Of a DNA stretch of 64,000 bases, positions 27,031 to 40,700 are shown piece by piece; within the stretch, counting starts at the first letter, position 1, and the number at the start of each line of letters is the position of its first letter. Position numbers and translations under genes: made by a program. The DNA comes from Ruditapes philippinarum (taxonomy: Eukaryota), in assembly GCF_026571515.1 (NCBI RefSeq), contig NW_026859351.1:1-64000 (forward strand), read 5' to 3'. Under the pieces are notes generated by a model. It was given only the letters and a program-made list of their open reading frames with translations. It had not been told where the DNA came from and did not search any database.

Positions 27031-27648
27031 TAGAGTGGTTGGACCAATGCTCGGTGCATACCAATGCTCGGCGTAAAAAATATTTTTTTTAGAATATCTG
27101 AAAATGTCTCGAATTATCTCCGATTTAGGTCACTGGTGCTTTTATTTACATCTTTCACCATTTTATCCTGGTGTGGTTCACTGCTGGTAAAGTCACGTGA
27201 CAATGCTAATAGCAGACGAATAACCGTATGTAATCCCAACATATAAATTATTAAAATCTTTTAACACTAGAGTTCTGGGGCTGTAAAATTAAAACTAAAA
27301 GTTGGGTACTTGTAAATGTATGAACCTAATTTGGTTGTTACAATTTATTCAATATGTTTTCTTCATAAGATAAAAAAGAGATTTTATTCGAAAAACAATC
27401 CTGCATAATGTAGTATTGTACGCTGAGCTATGGTACAATTTCACGCAAACCACTCTTGTTTATCCGGACTTTCTATAGCTCCAGCCATGCACATCATTAT
27501 GTGATTAGCGAATTTTACACAATGGCTATTTAAAACAATATCATTGGTCTTGAAAATGGACATATAACATTGAGGTTTGTTGACGTTGATTTGAATTTGC
27601 CATATCAAATATAGTATTTTTACGCCGAGCGTTGGTCCACCCACTCTA
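27031..27648. mobile_element. MITE in the TXNDC9 5' intron
   Basis: TAGAGTGGTTGGACCAATGCTCGG / CCGAGCGTTGGTCCACCCACTCTA inverted ends. Confidence 0.8.
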
Positions 27649-27658
27649 CATGTATCAC

Positions 27659-29634
27659 CACGGATTTATATTACAAGGATCGGACACTCCCAGTTAACCC
27701 TATATAAATGCTTAAATATCTTGTCGTGCACCCGATAAAGGTACATCGATCGTTAATTTACCGGCGCTAAGCGTAAATGCCCGTTCGCAACGGATACCTA
27801 CTTTACAAAATGTCATACAGCTTTTCCATTTATTATCCGATTTTGGAAATTTAAAGTTTATTTTGAAGAAAAATACTTGTTTAATTCAAATATCTAATTT
27901 ATTTTTTAAAGGTACAGTTTATCTGTCCGCAACGACGATTAAAAAATTAACTTGACGAAATCCGCGGTAAATTTACGTTTTTTATATAAAAAGCAGGTAT
28001 TTGAAATTTATTTTATAACGGTACGATGATAATTTCAATTTCAAAATAAAAAAGAAGCCGATGTTAGTTATTCACAGATGATCAAAGATGCGATATTTAA
28101 GATTTATTGGGTTATGTAGTCAAATTTATTAACGCACAATTGTTTTACGGGTAATGTATTGCGGCCTTTACAATTCGCTCAACACGTGAAGAAAAATTAT
28201 TCATTTTTTTAGTACAAAATATTGCCGAGATTGTCAATATTGCCATATTCATAGAATATTCAAATTTCATTCATCAATTATATTTATTAATATATATTTA
28301 ATCTGTTTTCAAATGTCGGTGCAGTGAAGTAGACAATCATCGTAACAGTAAAGTACTCTCGTGTGGCTGTCTTGATTCCGGCCTTTTTAATGTCACTCGT
28401 ATATTTTAATCCGTATATTTTAATTATTCTTTTTATTTGAATGCCTGTAGAAAGATATATCTGAAACTTTTTAATGTAACGCTAGAAAAACAATAAAAAT
28501 CTTACAGTTTGAGTCAGTATTTTGCGAAATAAAAGTAACTTTTGATTATTTTTTACACATCGCTTAAATTTCTTTCAAGTTCAATTACTTTTGAAGGGGG
28601 TAATTACGAAGTAACAAGCGATAATTGAAAAAGTTTATTTTCAAACTTTCATTACCAGGTTACATGTGATAATTGCAACACTCAATCTTCAAAAACAAAT
28701 AGAATTTGAATGTATATTTTGTATCTGCGCGGTCTCACATGTGATAAGAAAATGATTCTGAAGAGGATATATATATAAATACAATGTAAATCTATTTTCT
28801 TTATCAACATTTATAAATGAAATTGAAAATAAACAACATAATTTGTATAGTCCTTTCTTTGAAAAATAATGAAAATAAACATATGACAAATAAATCATTT
28901 GACGTCAATTGTGAAGGATAACTATGAAAAAAATCTGTTTCAAAATAAAAAAAATAATATTATAAAACAGCTGTTCTGTATGCCAATAAAAATTTCTTCC
29001 TTGCCAATCTAATGAATTCATCTATATATGAACGCTTGTCTAGAATGATTTGAAAATATATTTAATACACTAATTAGTAGAGTATTTACTATATTTATAC
29101 TAATATACAGGTAATCAAACAAAAAATGTACAAATCATTTGGAAATAATTCACAAAAATAAAGACACATTTCAAACATGAATTTCTTTAAAAATATTTTA
29201 GCAATCAAGAAACAATTTTTTGCAATGCCACCATTAAACTATGTAAAAAATAATTATCTTAATCTGAATTGCGGTTATAATTCATGCTTGAAGTAAAAGG
29301 GCGTCAAAATGTAGAGAGAATGCCTAAACAATAGGCAAATATTTTTTAAATTAGGTACTTTTTAACTAAGCGTTGCAGCGTTCTATCAGCATATTTTCTT
29401 ATATAAATACTTTAGCGACACAAAATAATACTGTATCAATACATTCATATGTGTATAATTTTTCACAAAGCTGCAATAACACCACATACTCTTGTGAAAA
29501 TATGTTATATTTCGCACTCCGCGCGTTCCGCCATCTCATTCTGTCCAGTGTCCACCTTTATCCGATTCCGCGCATGCGCGCGACGGGACTTTTAGCTAAA
29601 CGAAAGTGTCCGATCCCTGTAATATAAATCCGTG
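27659..29634. mobile_element. Non-autonomous DNA transposon with 7-bp TSD (P/Galileo-like)
   Basis: ~30-bp TIR CACGGATTTATATTACAAGGATCGGACACT; TSD GTATCAC at 27652-58 and 29635-41; no transposase ORF seen. Confidence 0.88.
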
Positions 29635-30339
29635 GTATCACTTACAAATCCCAGTATTCTTAATGGGACAATTTTTGAAATTCTTATAGCTCAATATTGG
29701 GAAAAAATCAAGAAGTCAAATGAACTTTGGAAAAACTGGATGTGGTTTTTATGCCTCAACCACTTAGGGGTAGGGAGAGTCATGTAGAGTTTCTTTTGTC
29801 TTTACTACTTTACTACAGTTAAATTGATTGATTTTCTATGATTTTTGCAATAATTGACTGTAACTTGGTAATTAAAGAATGGATTATCGTCATACTTTGA
29901 CAAAACAACCTTTTGGACAAGGTCCAGGTCAGTGCAACTGTATAAAAAGTCTTAGACTTTAAATGACTTTGACCATTTATTTATGGAAAGGATTCATACT
30001 TGGACAAAACAACAAGTGTCACTAGAGACAGACCTATTAAAATTGAAAAAATGAAAGACTTATTTTTTTTTTTTAAGATTTGTTTAAACTGTTTATTTGT
30101 TTGCTTTTAGAAAAAGAAAAAAAAGTAGAGCATTGTCATTGCCTGGCTGTGGCTCTTGTTAAATATCAAACCTATGTTCTAAATTGTAGGAAAGACTTTG
30201 AAGTTTTGAATCATTTTAAAACTAGAAAGCTATGTACATAATTATCATTATTTCAAAGATTATAATCAGAAACATTTTTGATATAACTAAATAATGGATT
30301 TATTGTTTATTTCAGGTATATAACTAACAAATACGGAAA

Positions 30340-31021
30340 ATGAATCCAGCTGGTATGCAGAATGCCTTGGAGGGACAACTCCTCAAGGCGACACAGGTTG
30401 TGGAACAGCAGCTTGATGCTGAAATTGAAAGACTTGATAAATTTGATGAGGATGACTTCGAAGTGTTGAGACAAAAACGTATGGATGCTTTGAAAAAAAG
30501 TCAGCAACAGAAACAAGAATGGATGAGTCAGGGACATGGTAAATACTCTGAAGTTGCGGATGAGAAAGAGTTTTTTTGACGCATGTAAAAAAAGCAAAAA
30601 AGTTGTCTGCCATTTCTATAGAGACAGTACCTTCCGTTGTAAGATTGTAGACAAACATTTAGAAATTTTAGCACCAAAACATCTAGAAACCAAATTCATC
30701 AAAATAGATGCAGAAAAATGTAAATTTTTAGTTGATAGATTGAGAATTGTAGTTCTGCCAACAATTTGTATGGCAATTGAGGGTAAGACACAGGATTACA
30801 TCGTTGGGTTTGATGATCTTGGTGGAAAAGACGAATTCCCCACAGAGATGTTGGAATGGCGCTTGGGTCGTGCTAATGTCATTAATTATTCGGGGGATCT
30901 GGTGACTCCGCCCAAAATTGCTTCAGAGAAAAGAGATACAAGTGTTTTTGGTTTTGTTAAAACAAACAAAACAGTCAAAGATACCCAGTTTGATGACAGT
31001 AGTGATGAAGATGATTGGTGA
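30340..31021 (+). CDS. TXNDC9: Thioredoxin domain-containing protein 9 (phosducin-like PhLP3), apparent +1 frameshift
   Basis: ORFs 30340-30579 and 30536-31021 join if T7 at 30571-77 is T6 (EKEFFDACKKSKKVVCHFYR..RCKIVDKHLEILAPKHLETKF). Acceptor ends at 30315; candidate UTR donor at 26717; AATAAA at 31443. Confidence 0.93.
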
Positions 31022-32219
31022 AAATAGAAAAGAAGTTGTATATTATACAATTGATACTTAGAATGTAACAACAATATAATATTTATTGACAAAGTAATGA
31101 TGTAAGAAGGAAATATTGTTACCAATGATTTGGTTTCATGGACAATGTAAATGGAAGCAAGCTTCGAGTTCATTCAGTGTAGCTGCCTATAACCTGAGTT
31201 AACAAGTTTATGACCTATTTCAATATAAAATTCAGAACTATGACCTTTGCTTAAGATTTTAATTAAAACCTGCGGAGATGTGTTTTATATTTATTTGAAT
31301 ATCAGTAAAATTACTAAATGACAGTTAAATTGTGAAATCATTTTTAATTGCAGGATATTGTATTTCATTTCGCTCATTTTTTCAGTAATTCTTTAATACT
31401 TATTTTATATCATAAGTTATTCATATTAAGAATGTGTTCAAGAATAAATGAATTTCTGTGATATTTTGTTGTTTATTGATTCATTTACATAAGTTGACAA
31501 AGTCTTAGAAATTAAATCTATTGAAAAGAAGTGACGCTTTATAAATTGGTGGAATTCTCATTGAATCACTTTATTTTCTACATAGTTTTATAATAGGATG
31601 ATAAAAAGTTTGAAGTTTCATCAGTAGAATAATTTGTTGACCTGTCTATAAATTGTCATTTCACATTTTGCTAAGAATGTCCTCAAAAATTCTGTACTTT
31701 CAGACTGCATGTTTTATTTCTGTGTAATAAAACTGACTTGCGGTGTACCATAACAAGTATTAGCTTGTGGCATAAACTAAGTTGTCTTGTAGATATGTAA
31801 AAATTTTAAGAGTAATGTTTAACAGTGCAATACTGAAAACTTACAACCGTTAATATTTGATGTACTAAGAGAGAAATATTGTTGATTAAAGTAATGTTTG
31901 ATTATCAATTTGGATGGGATTACCAATTATTAATCAGTATGTGAGTAAAACCTTCCAATCATTGATTTTATTGTTCCCCCCGCATACATGTGAACTTTTT
32001 TTGATGATCAAGTGGGAGATTTTTCTTAACAAAAAAAAGGGAGATTTTAGAATTTGCAGTAAACAAAGAAGAAAGTCCTGGCATCAAAAAGAGGGAGATT
32101 TCTTTAATTTGCGTAAATACACCTTATTTTTAAGAAAAACCTTATGGCTGCAGAAAGTGGGAGTCTCCTGCTTAAAGTGGGAGAGTTCACATTTATTCCA
32201 CCACTGTGGGGGGGGGGGG

Positions 32220-32497
32220 GGGGGCATTTCCGTCCGTCCATTCTCATGATGGTCGCACATAGCTCAAAATTTGACCTAGAGACATGAAACTTTACGCACA
32301 TGTTAGTCAGCATGTGTAGGTACGCACCTGGGTGTTTGCGTTTGGATTTATTCAGTATTTGTAGAGTTATTGACCTTGACTTAGTAAAAATTTGCAATCG
32401 CACATTATCATCACATAGCTCAAAAAGTATTTAACCAAGAGTCATGAAACTTTACAGAAATGTTGCTCATCATGTGAAGTTGTGCACCTGGGGTTCC
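32220..32497 (+). mobile_element. Fragment of a Helentron-type (HINE/Pearl-like) element
   Basis: (CCGT)n followed by two ~155-bp diverged repeats containing CATGAAACTT. Confidence 0.55.
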
Positions 32498-33140
32498 ACC
32501 CATATTAAATACATTTTTCCTACTGTCCGTCTAAAATGATAATTGATGTCCCTTTGGCAAGTCTAATGAAAATTAATGTAGCTAAAGAGACTTCAGACAA
32601 CAGGTTTTGTAGTACTTCTAGAACTGTTGCAAATGGCAAAATAAAAGGGACATACACAGTTATGGAAGCCAGAACTAGTATGAATGTTGCTTTAATCAAA
32701 AGAATGAAACTGATAATTAATGGGCACCTTTCATAATAGTCTTTAAAGAATCTAGCCAAATTAATTCGTTTTACAGACTTTTTTCTCTTACTGTCAAACT
32801 GTTGGAAAAAGACAGCGCCCATCCAAAATTATCTTCGACAAGTCTAATTAGTTGGACTATTAAGAATCATGCTCTTAAAACATCGAACTCTTAAATGAAA
32901 TTGATTCCTTGATGTATACATTTAGCAAATATGACCATTTTAGATGTTCACTAGGAGTATGAATTGTGTAGCAAATGGTGACAAAGGTCATATTCTAGAT
33001 ATTATTTGATATATTACCACAGGAAACTGAAGTTTAAATCATAGAAATATTTAGTGGTGTTCTATCCGAAGTGTAATTAAATTAGTGTCCTAAAACCATG
33101 CTATAATATTATTGTTTGCGTCTATTTGACCACGATCAAA

Positions 33141-35701
33141 ATGATATTTTTCATTTATTTATTGATTTTCCTTATTATTCTAACAGTCTGTTTAGATATA
33201 ATTCACATTTTGAGGATGATTTTGGTAATAATTTTAAAGAGAAATGCTTCCAAATCGATCAACGACACGGGAACACTCGCAAGTAAGTGGACAAAATTTT
33301 AGTCTTTGTATTGTAAACGCTTCTATTTGAAACCGAGATCAAATACTACTAAATTTTAATAGTACTAAATTTCTTTCCTTAAAGTTGTTTAAAGGCCCAT
33401 TATGCCTAAAAATGCTATCATTTTTATTTCTTAACCTTTTACCCCATGAGCATATGTTGAAAAATGGCCGTTTTCATTGAAAAGCCTCCTGTTACAAGTT
33501 CAAACTGCTATGAAAAATGCTTCAATACTGATGAAACTTGCTGGACCATACAGTAGCACAGGAGCTTGAAATTCTATCAATAATTGCCCTAAAGTCAAAT
33601 TCCCCCCCAAAATCCATACCTATATATAAAAAAATTATATACATGCACATTAATTTATGACAAATGATTGATTTATTGCAATAAAGTTATGTAAAATTTT
33701 ATTTACTTTATCAAATCCTGAAGTATTTCCCTCAAATGGGACAGGAAGTATATTTACCTTGTAGATCTACAGTAAGGAAAGAATTCAAACAAATAACCAG
33801 GCTATCATGCTAAAACTCACTAATCAGACCACCCCGCAATTAAGACCACTTTAGAGCAGTCCCATGGGTGGTCTTAATTGAGGGGTTTCACTGTATAGGT
33901 ATGGATTTTTGGGGGAATTTGACTTTAGGGCAATTATTGATAGAATTTCAAGCTCCTGTGACCATAGCCAGGGCTGGGAATCAAAACTGCGTCGTATCCT
34001 ACAAAATTTAAACAAACGCCGCCATCTTGTAACAAAAAACATGTTTTTGTTTATAACTTTTTTTGTTGGAAATGACTGAAAACCAGATATATGTATTAAC
34101 ACGCTACACTATTTTACTGCTTCGTTTGGTACATGTTGCTTGCACAACTATTTTGTAAAACAAAAGTAAAACAATTAAAAAAAATGTGTTCTGAGGCATA
34201 ATGTGCCTTGAAACGGTTTAAGTGTAGCAAAAAAAATTGATGTAAAGATACCCTACTATATTGTATGTATTTGTGTAAACTGCTCTTGCATAAACCTTTA
34301 GACTATTTTATTTATTCTAGGAAGGTGCTGGCCGTTTGACCTTGACCCATTCATGCACATGAATAATGGAAACTACTTGAAACATTGTGATATAGCAAGA
34401 ATACAATTTTGGAAGGAGACTAAAGTGTGGGCATTACTGTTCAAACTTGGTGGATCTATGACACTAGGAGGGAGCTGTAATCGCTATAGAAGGGCAATAA
34501 CTCTGTTCACTAAATTTACAATCAATACTAAGGCAAGTAGTTTATGTTAGTATTCATTATCATTTTGAAAACTAGAACAAAGTCAAAAATGATCCATACA
34601 AAATGACCATAAAATCGCAAGGTTTGGAGTGAAATGGTTGAAACTTTAACAGAAAGCAGCTACATAGTTATGAAAATGTATACTCAACATCACTAATTCC
34701 GCGTCATCACTAATTTCATGGTAATGGCATATTTTCATGTGACCAGTGTTAGAATTGCTAAAAAATTGACATATTATATTCATACACCTAAACAACACAT
34801 TTTTTGTGCAAACTTTTTAAATCTCTAGATTTTTACACAAAACAGAACAAAATTTTACAAATTTCTGCAAAAAGCAATTTAAACTATAGTGCATTAAATT
34901 TGTGTGTATACGTCTGAAACAATCATGATTTTCTAAATGTTCTTGTTTGTTGAAAAAATAAATTTTCAGTTACAAATAAAGGATGGTTTTAATATTGAAA
35001 ATTAAGCAAAATAACATGTAGAAATTTTTTACTGAAACATGAAAAAACTGAAATGTTACACTATTACAGTGATTTAAATGATGACACTGTTTTCAAAATG
35101 GCCGACATATGGTCTGCATCTGGTACATTAAAACTGACTTTGACTGAATATATTGTTGTTTCCTTGTGTCATGCAGTAGAAATTACCTATATGTTATAGC
35201 TTATGACAATTTTTGTACCATAAGTTTAATTTGTTGTTTTCTTTCTGGTTTCAAAGCATTAAGTACCATGAACTAATAGGAGCACAGTATACTTATTTTT
35301 TACATAAAATGTCAAAATATATGGCATGTTTTAACACAGACTTAAATTAAAGTTTGTGGCTTTATATATTTCAGAAAATTTCAATTAACAAAAAATAACT
35401 TGCTACTTTTAACAGCAAAATATAACTAAATATTGAATGAAGAGATACTAAACAATTACTTCTTTTTCAGGTAATTTTCTGGGATGATTCAGCATTTTAT
35501 GTGGAGCATACATTTGTAAGGGACACAGATGGATTTATATGTTTCATTTCTTTAATAAAGCAGACTGTTATAGGACTCAAACCGGAACAAATCATAGAGA
35601 AACTAGGCTATAGTGTTGAAAAACCAGAAATTCTACCGGAACTGAAACTGTGGATTGAATCAACAAGTCTATCATCAGAAAGACTGAGAAAGAAATCATA
35701 A
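33141..35701 (+). CDS. THEM6: Thioesterase superfamily member 6 (194 aa)
   Basis: Exons 33141-33282 (hydrophobic N-terminus), 34321-34532 (RCWPFDLDPFMHMNNGNYL..RYRR) and 35471-35701 (WDDSAFYVEHTFVRDTDGF). Intron 2 is GC-AG. Confidence 0.9.
33393..34208. mobile_element. Nested MITEs in THEM6 intron 1
   Basis: Outer TTAA|AGGCCCATTATGCCT...AGGCATAATGTGCCT (Kolobok-like). Inner ~65-bp inverted repeats at 33558 and 33960. Innermost TA-CAGT..CACTG-TA piece at ~33768-33896. Confidence 0.7.
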
Positions 35702-37028
35702 ATCAACTCAATTTCTTACTTGTTTATATTTATTGCACATAGTTCTTGTTATTTAAAATAAAAATATTCAGAAAACAGGGTTATAATTCACAGAATTAAC
35801 CTCAAGAAAAAGTTATCATATATTGATACTTGAAGTTCTTTCATAACATTTAATAGTCATGTTGTGCTGTTTGTCACTTTTATAACACTAATTTCCTTGA
35901 AATCTAAAATGAAGATAATATTGGAAGAACCTAAGAATTCTCATTAGAAAGTCTTTCAAAATATAAAAATTGTACACCATTTAGATTCCAACATATTACA
36001 GTAGAACATTATAAATATGGTCCTATAAGATCTACCTGGATTTTGAAAAGGTGGGTATGGAAACGGCTTGGTTAACATAACCAGTGAAAAGCGAGTTATT
36101 AATATATTCATCAACATTCATCATTATATTGTAAGATGATAATGCTATCTCCCTCATTAACAACGTTATATATGATATTGTATTAGCTACCAGGGACACA
36201 TACAAATTAACATTGGATAGTTATAGTTTTCTGCCCAATCCCAAAATGTTTTTTTATAAATATTGTTCACATGTTAAATGTTATGTTGAATAAAAATGTT
36301 TAAACCAAATAAACATGATGTTTCATAGTGTTTCAATAACAAAACAAAAAGCGGTGTAGCTGGTTATAACACATGTAAAATAGTGTCAAACTTTTTGTTA
36401 GAGGGATGCAACCTTTTGAAAACACTTGGAAATCAGGTTTCTTTCCTTGCTACTTCTGTAACTAAATGTACCTATCAAGTTATATTTTTTTTTGCAGTAC
36501 TGTCACTATGATTTACCGATATAACTATCTCGAAGTACAAGTAGCTTTGATGTCTATGTCTTAACAGACACACTATATACTTCACAATCAAGGCAATTTT
36601 AGTCTTGAGCAATTCATCACACTGTTAACACTACAGTATAGTCATGAAGTATAACAGTACATTCATGTGTAGACACCAATACATTCTCTCACAGTGCTTA
36701 CTCTTAAGATTAGATCTCTGTATGGTTCTCATATTTTTCATTCCACATCACTTTTTTCTGAAATAATAATTGAAGAAAAGAATAAATTATAAGTATTGTT
36801 GCAAGATAAAGTATTAATTATTAGCTCAACTTTGATAGTGGGGCATATTGTGCAAATACATATGCAACTTTTAAAATGCCATGGTTTGTTATAAATACCA
36901 AAACATAATGAGTCATACATGAACATTAACTTTTAGAAAAAAAATACATCAGTTACCTTGTCATATCAGTGTATATAGTGCTCTTAAACTGACATAATTG
37001 TTAAATTTACCGGTACTCATTATCATTA

Positions 37029-37715
37029 CTAGAACTGCCACTGTCATGGCGTGAATACCCCCCGGATACCACTTTGTCAGAATCAACAGTGGTCATTTAG
37101 AGCTCAAGGACAACCTCCCTACCAAATCTGAGGGTAGTAAGCCAGTGCATTGCCAAGTTATGTATTCTACATGTTTTTAGTGGCAAAGAAAAGAGACCTA
37201 TACCTTTGACCTATTGACCTCGAAACTGAAACTGCCACTGCATGACTTGAACATCCTCGCCATTCATGGGTGTTTTATGATGAATATAAGATGCTTCAAA
37301 TGAGAAAATGTCAAAATCGATACACTGTTGACAGGCATTCTTAAGCATTTGTGCAGACAAGCTTATTGTGGTAAAAGCCCCTGTGACATTGACACAGTCA
37401 CCTAAAAATCAATAGGGGTCATCTTATAGTCGAGACTAACCTCAATACCAAATATGAAGACTGTGGGTCAAAGGATTCTTAAGTTATTGGCAAACAAGCT
37501 TTTTTTTAGTCAAGGCCCTTCTGTTCTTGACCTAGTGACCTCAAAATCAATAGGGGTCATCTAATAATCTTGACATACCTCCATACCAAATATGAAGACT
37601 GTGGGTCAAAGGATTCTTAATTTATTGGGCAGACAAGGAAAAACTGACGGACAGGGAGACGGCCAAGCTGATTCCAGTTTACCCCCTTTACAACTTTGTT
37701 GTGCGGATGTTAATA
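37029..37715 (-). mobile_element. Degenerate HINE-like element with short tandem repeats
   Basis: Repeats of AAAATCAATAGGGGTCATCT..ACCAAATATGAAGACTGTGGGTCAAAGG plus a GACGG microsatellite. Confidence 0.6.
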
Positions 37716-37744
37716 ACATGTATTTGTATTCTACAATATATTAC

Positions 37745-40700
37745 CTACTTTTTCTTAGCTTTACTTGGCAGTGATGTTGGCGACATTATATCTGCTACTG
37801 TTATAGATGGCGGATCATGCATACTGTCGTCTGCATCACTTGATGATACAGAAGGTGGCTCATCTTTGATAGCAGTTCCACTCTCATCAAAATTATCCAA
37901 GTTTACAACTCTGAAATATCATATACATACATTGACACACAAGGATTAATAACAAGAGGGCCATGATGGCCCTGAAGTCGCTCACCTTTATATAGGCCCC
38001 CAGAGCGGGGCCAGTTTAAACCCCAGGGCTTTTATTTGAACAAACTTGGTAGACACCCATTAGAAGATGTTTCATGTTAAACATCTAAGGTCTAGCTCAT
38101 TGAGTTTTTTTAAAAGAAGATCTTATAAGTTTTTACTATACACATATAGTTAAAAGCAATGACACCCCTGGGGCGGAGCCAATTTTGACCCCAGGGCTTT
38201 TATTTGAACGAACTTTGTAGACACTCACTAGAAGATGTTTCATGCTTAATATCTAAACTCTAGCTATTTGGGTTTTTTCAAAACAAGATTTTTTAAGTTT
38301 TTGCTATACACATATAAGGAAAATCAATGACCCCCTAGGCGGAGCCAATTTTGACCTTAGGGCTTTTATTTGAACATACTTTGTAGACACTCGCTAGAAG
38401 ATATTTCAAATTAAATATCTAAACTTTAGGTATTTGGGTTTTTTCAAAGAAGATTTTTTAAGTTTTTGCTATACACATAAATAAAATCAATGACCCCCCG
38501 GGGCGGAGCCAATTTTGACCCCAGGGCTTTTATTTGAACAAACTTTGTAGACACTCACTAGAAGATGTTTCATGCTTAGTATCTAAACTCTAGCTATTTG
38601 GATTTTTTTTCAAAGAAGATTTTTTAAGTTTTTGCTTTACACATATAAGGAAAATCAATGACCCTCGGGACAGGGCCAATTTTGACCCCAGGGCTCTTAT
38701 TTGAACAAATTTGGTAGACACCCATTAGAACATGTTTCATGCTAAATATCTTAGCTCTAGCTCTTTGGGTTCTTTAACCCTTTACCTCATATATACGTGA
38801 AACAACGCACTTTCCACCCCCCCCCCTTCCCCATTTTGAGGCCTCAAATATTGAAAAAAATGTCCTATTTGGGCCCCAAACAAATGCTTTCCTTTGAACA
38901 AGAGGGCCATGATGGCCCTGGGGTCGCTCACCTGTACATAGGCCCCCAGGGCGGGGCTAGTTTAAACCCAAGGGCTTTTATTTGAACAAACTTGGAAGAC
39001 ACCCATTAGAAGATGTTTCATGATGTTAAGTTTTTACTATACACAAATAATGAAAAACAATGACTTTTGCCCCCCTCCCCCTGGCAGGGCCAATTTAACC
39101 CAAGGGCTTTTATTTGAACAAACTTGGTAGACACCCATTAGAACATGTTTCATGCTAAATATCTTAGCTCTAGCTCTTTGGGTTCTTTAAAAGAAGATTT
39201 TTAAGTTTTTAATTACTATATGCAATATAGGGAAAATCAATGACCCCCTAGGGCGGGGCCAATTTTGACCCAAGGGCTTTTATTTGAACAAACTTGGTAA
39301 ACATCCATTAGAACATGTTTCATGCTAAATATCTTAGCTCTAGCTCTTTGGGTTCTTTAAAAGAAGATTTTTAAGTTTTTACTGAAAAATCAATGACCCC
39401 TGGGGCGGTGCCAATTTTGACCCCAGGGCTTTTATTTGAACAAATTGGTAGACACCCATTAGAAGATGTGTCATGCTAAATATCTTAGCTCTAGCTCTTT
39501 GGTTCTTTAACAGAAGATTTTTAAGTTTTTACTATATGCATATAGGGAAAATCAATGACCCCCTGGGGCGGGGCCAATTTTGACCCCAGGGCTTTTATTT
39601 GAACAAACTTGGTAGACACTGATTAGATGTTTCATGCTTAATATCTTAGCTCTAGCTCTTTGGGTTCTTTAAGAGAAATTTTTTTAAGTTTTTACTATAC
39701 GCATATAGGGAAAATCAATGACCCCCTGGGGCAGGGCCAATTTTGACCCCAGGGCTTTTATTTGAACAAACTTGGTAGACATCCATTAGAACATGTTTCA
39801 TGCCAAATATCTAAGCTCTAGCTTTTTTGGTTTTTTAGAAGAAGATTTTTTAAGTTTTTACTATATGCATATAGGGAAAATCAATGACCCCCTGTGGCGG
39901 GGCCAATTTTGACCCCAGGGCTTTTATTTGAACAAATCTTGGTAGACACTCATTAGAAGATGTTTCATGCTTAATATCTTAGCTCTAGCTCTTTGGTTCT
40001 TTAAAAGAAGATTTTTTTAGTTTTTACTATATGCATATAGGGAAAATCAAAGACCCCCTGTGGCGGATCCAATTTTGACCCCAGGGCTTTTATTTGAACA
40101 AACTTGGTAGACACTGATAAGAAGATGTTTCATGCTAAATATCTTAGCTCTAGCTCTTTGGGTTCTTTAAGAGAATTTTTTTAAAGTTTTCACTATATGC
40201 ATATAGGGAAAATCAATGACCCCCTGGGGCGGGGCCAATTTTGACCCCAGGACTTTTATTTGAACAAACTTGGTAGACATCCATTAGAACATGTTTCATG
40301 CCAAATATCTAAGCTCTTGCTCTTAAGGTTTTTTATAAGAAGATTTTTTAAGTTTTTACTATATGCATATAGGGAAAATCAATGACCCCCTGGGGCGAAG
40401 CCAATTTTGACCCCAGGGCTTTTATTTGTACAATCTTGGTAGACACTCATTAGAAGATGTTTCATGCTTAATATCTTAGCTTTAGCTCTTGGGTTCTTTA
40501 AAAGAAGATTTTTTTAAGTTTTTACTATATGCATATCAATGACCCCCTGGGGCGGGGCCAATTTTGACCCCAGGGCTTTCATTTGAACAATCTTGGTAGA
40601 CACTCACTAGAAGATGTTTCATGCCAAATATCTAAGCTCTAGCTCTTTGGGTTCTTTAAGAGAATTTTTTTTAAGTTTTTACTATACGCATATAGGGAAA

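Noticed and set aside
30307-31173. Minus-strand ORFs over TXNDC9
   Set aside because: Antisense shadows of a real CDS; the same applies to shadows over SUPT7L exons and the 57-kb LINE.
32520-32822. 100-aa ORF and opposite-strand 66-aa ORF
   Set aside because: No recognisable motif or supporting splice structure.
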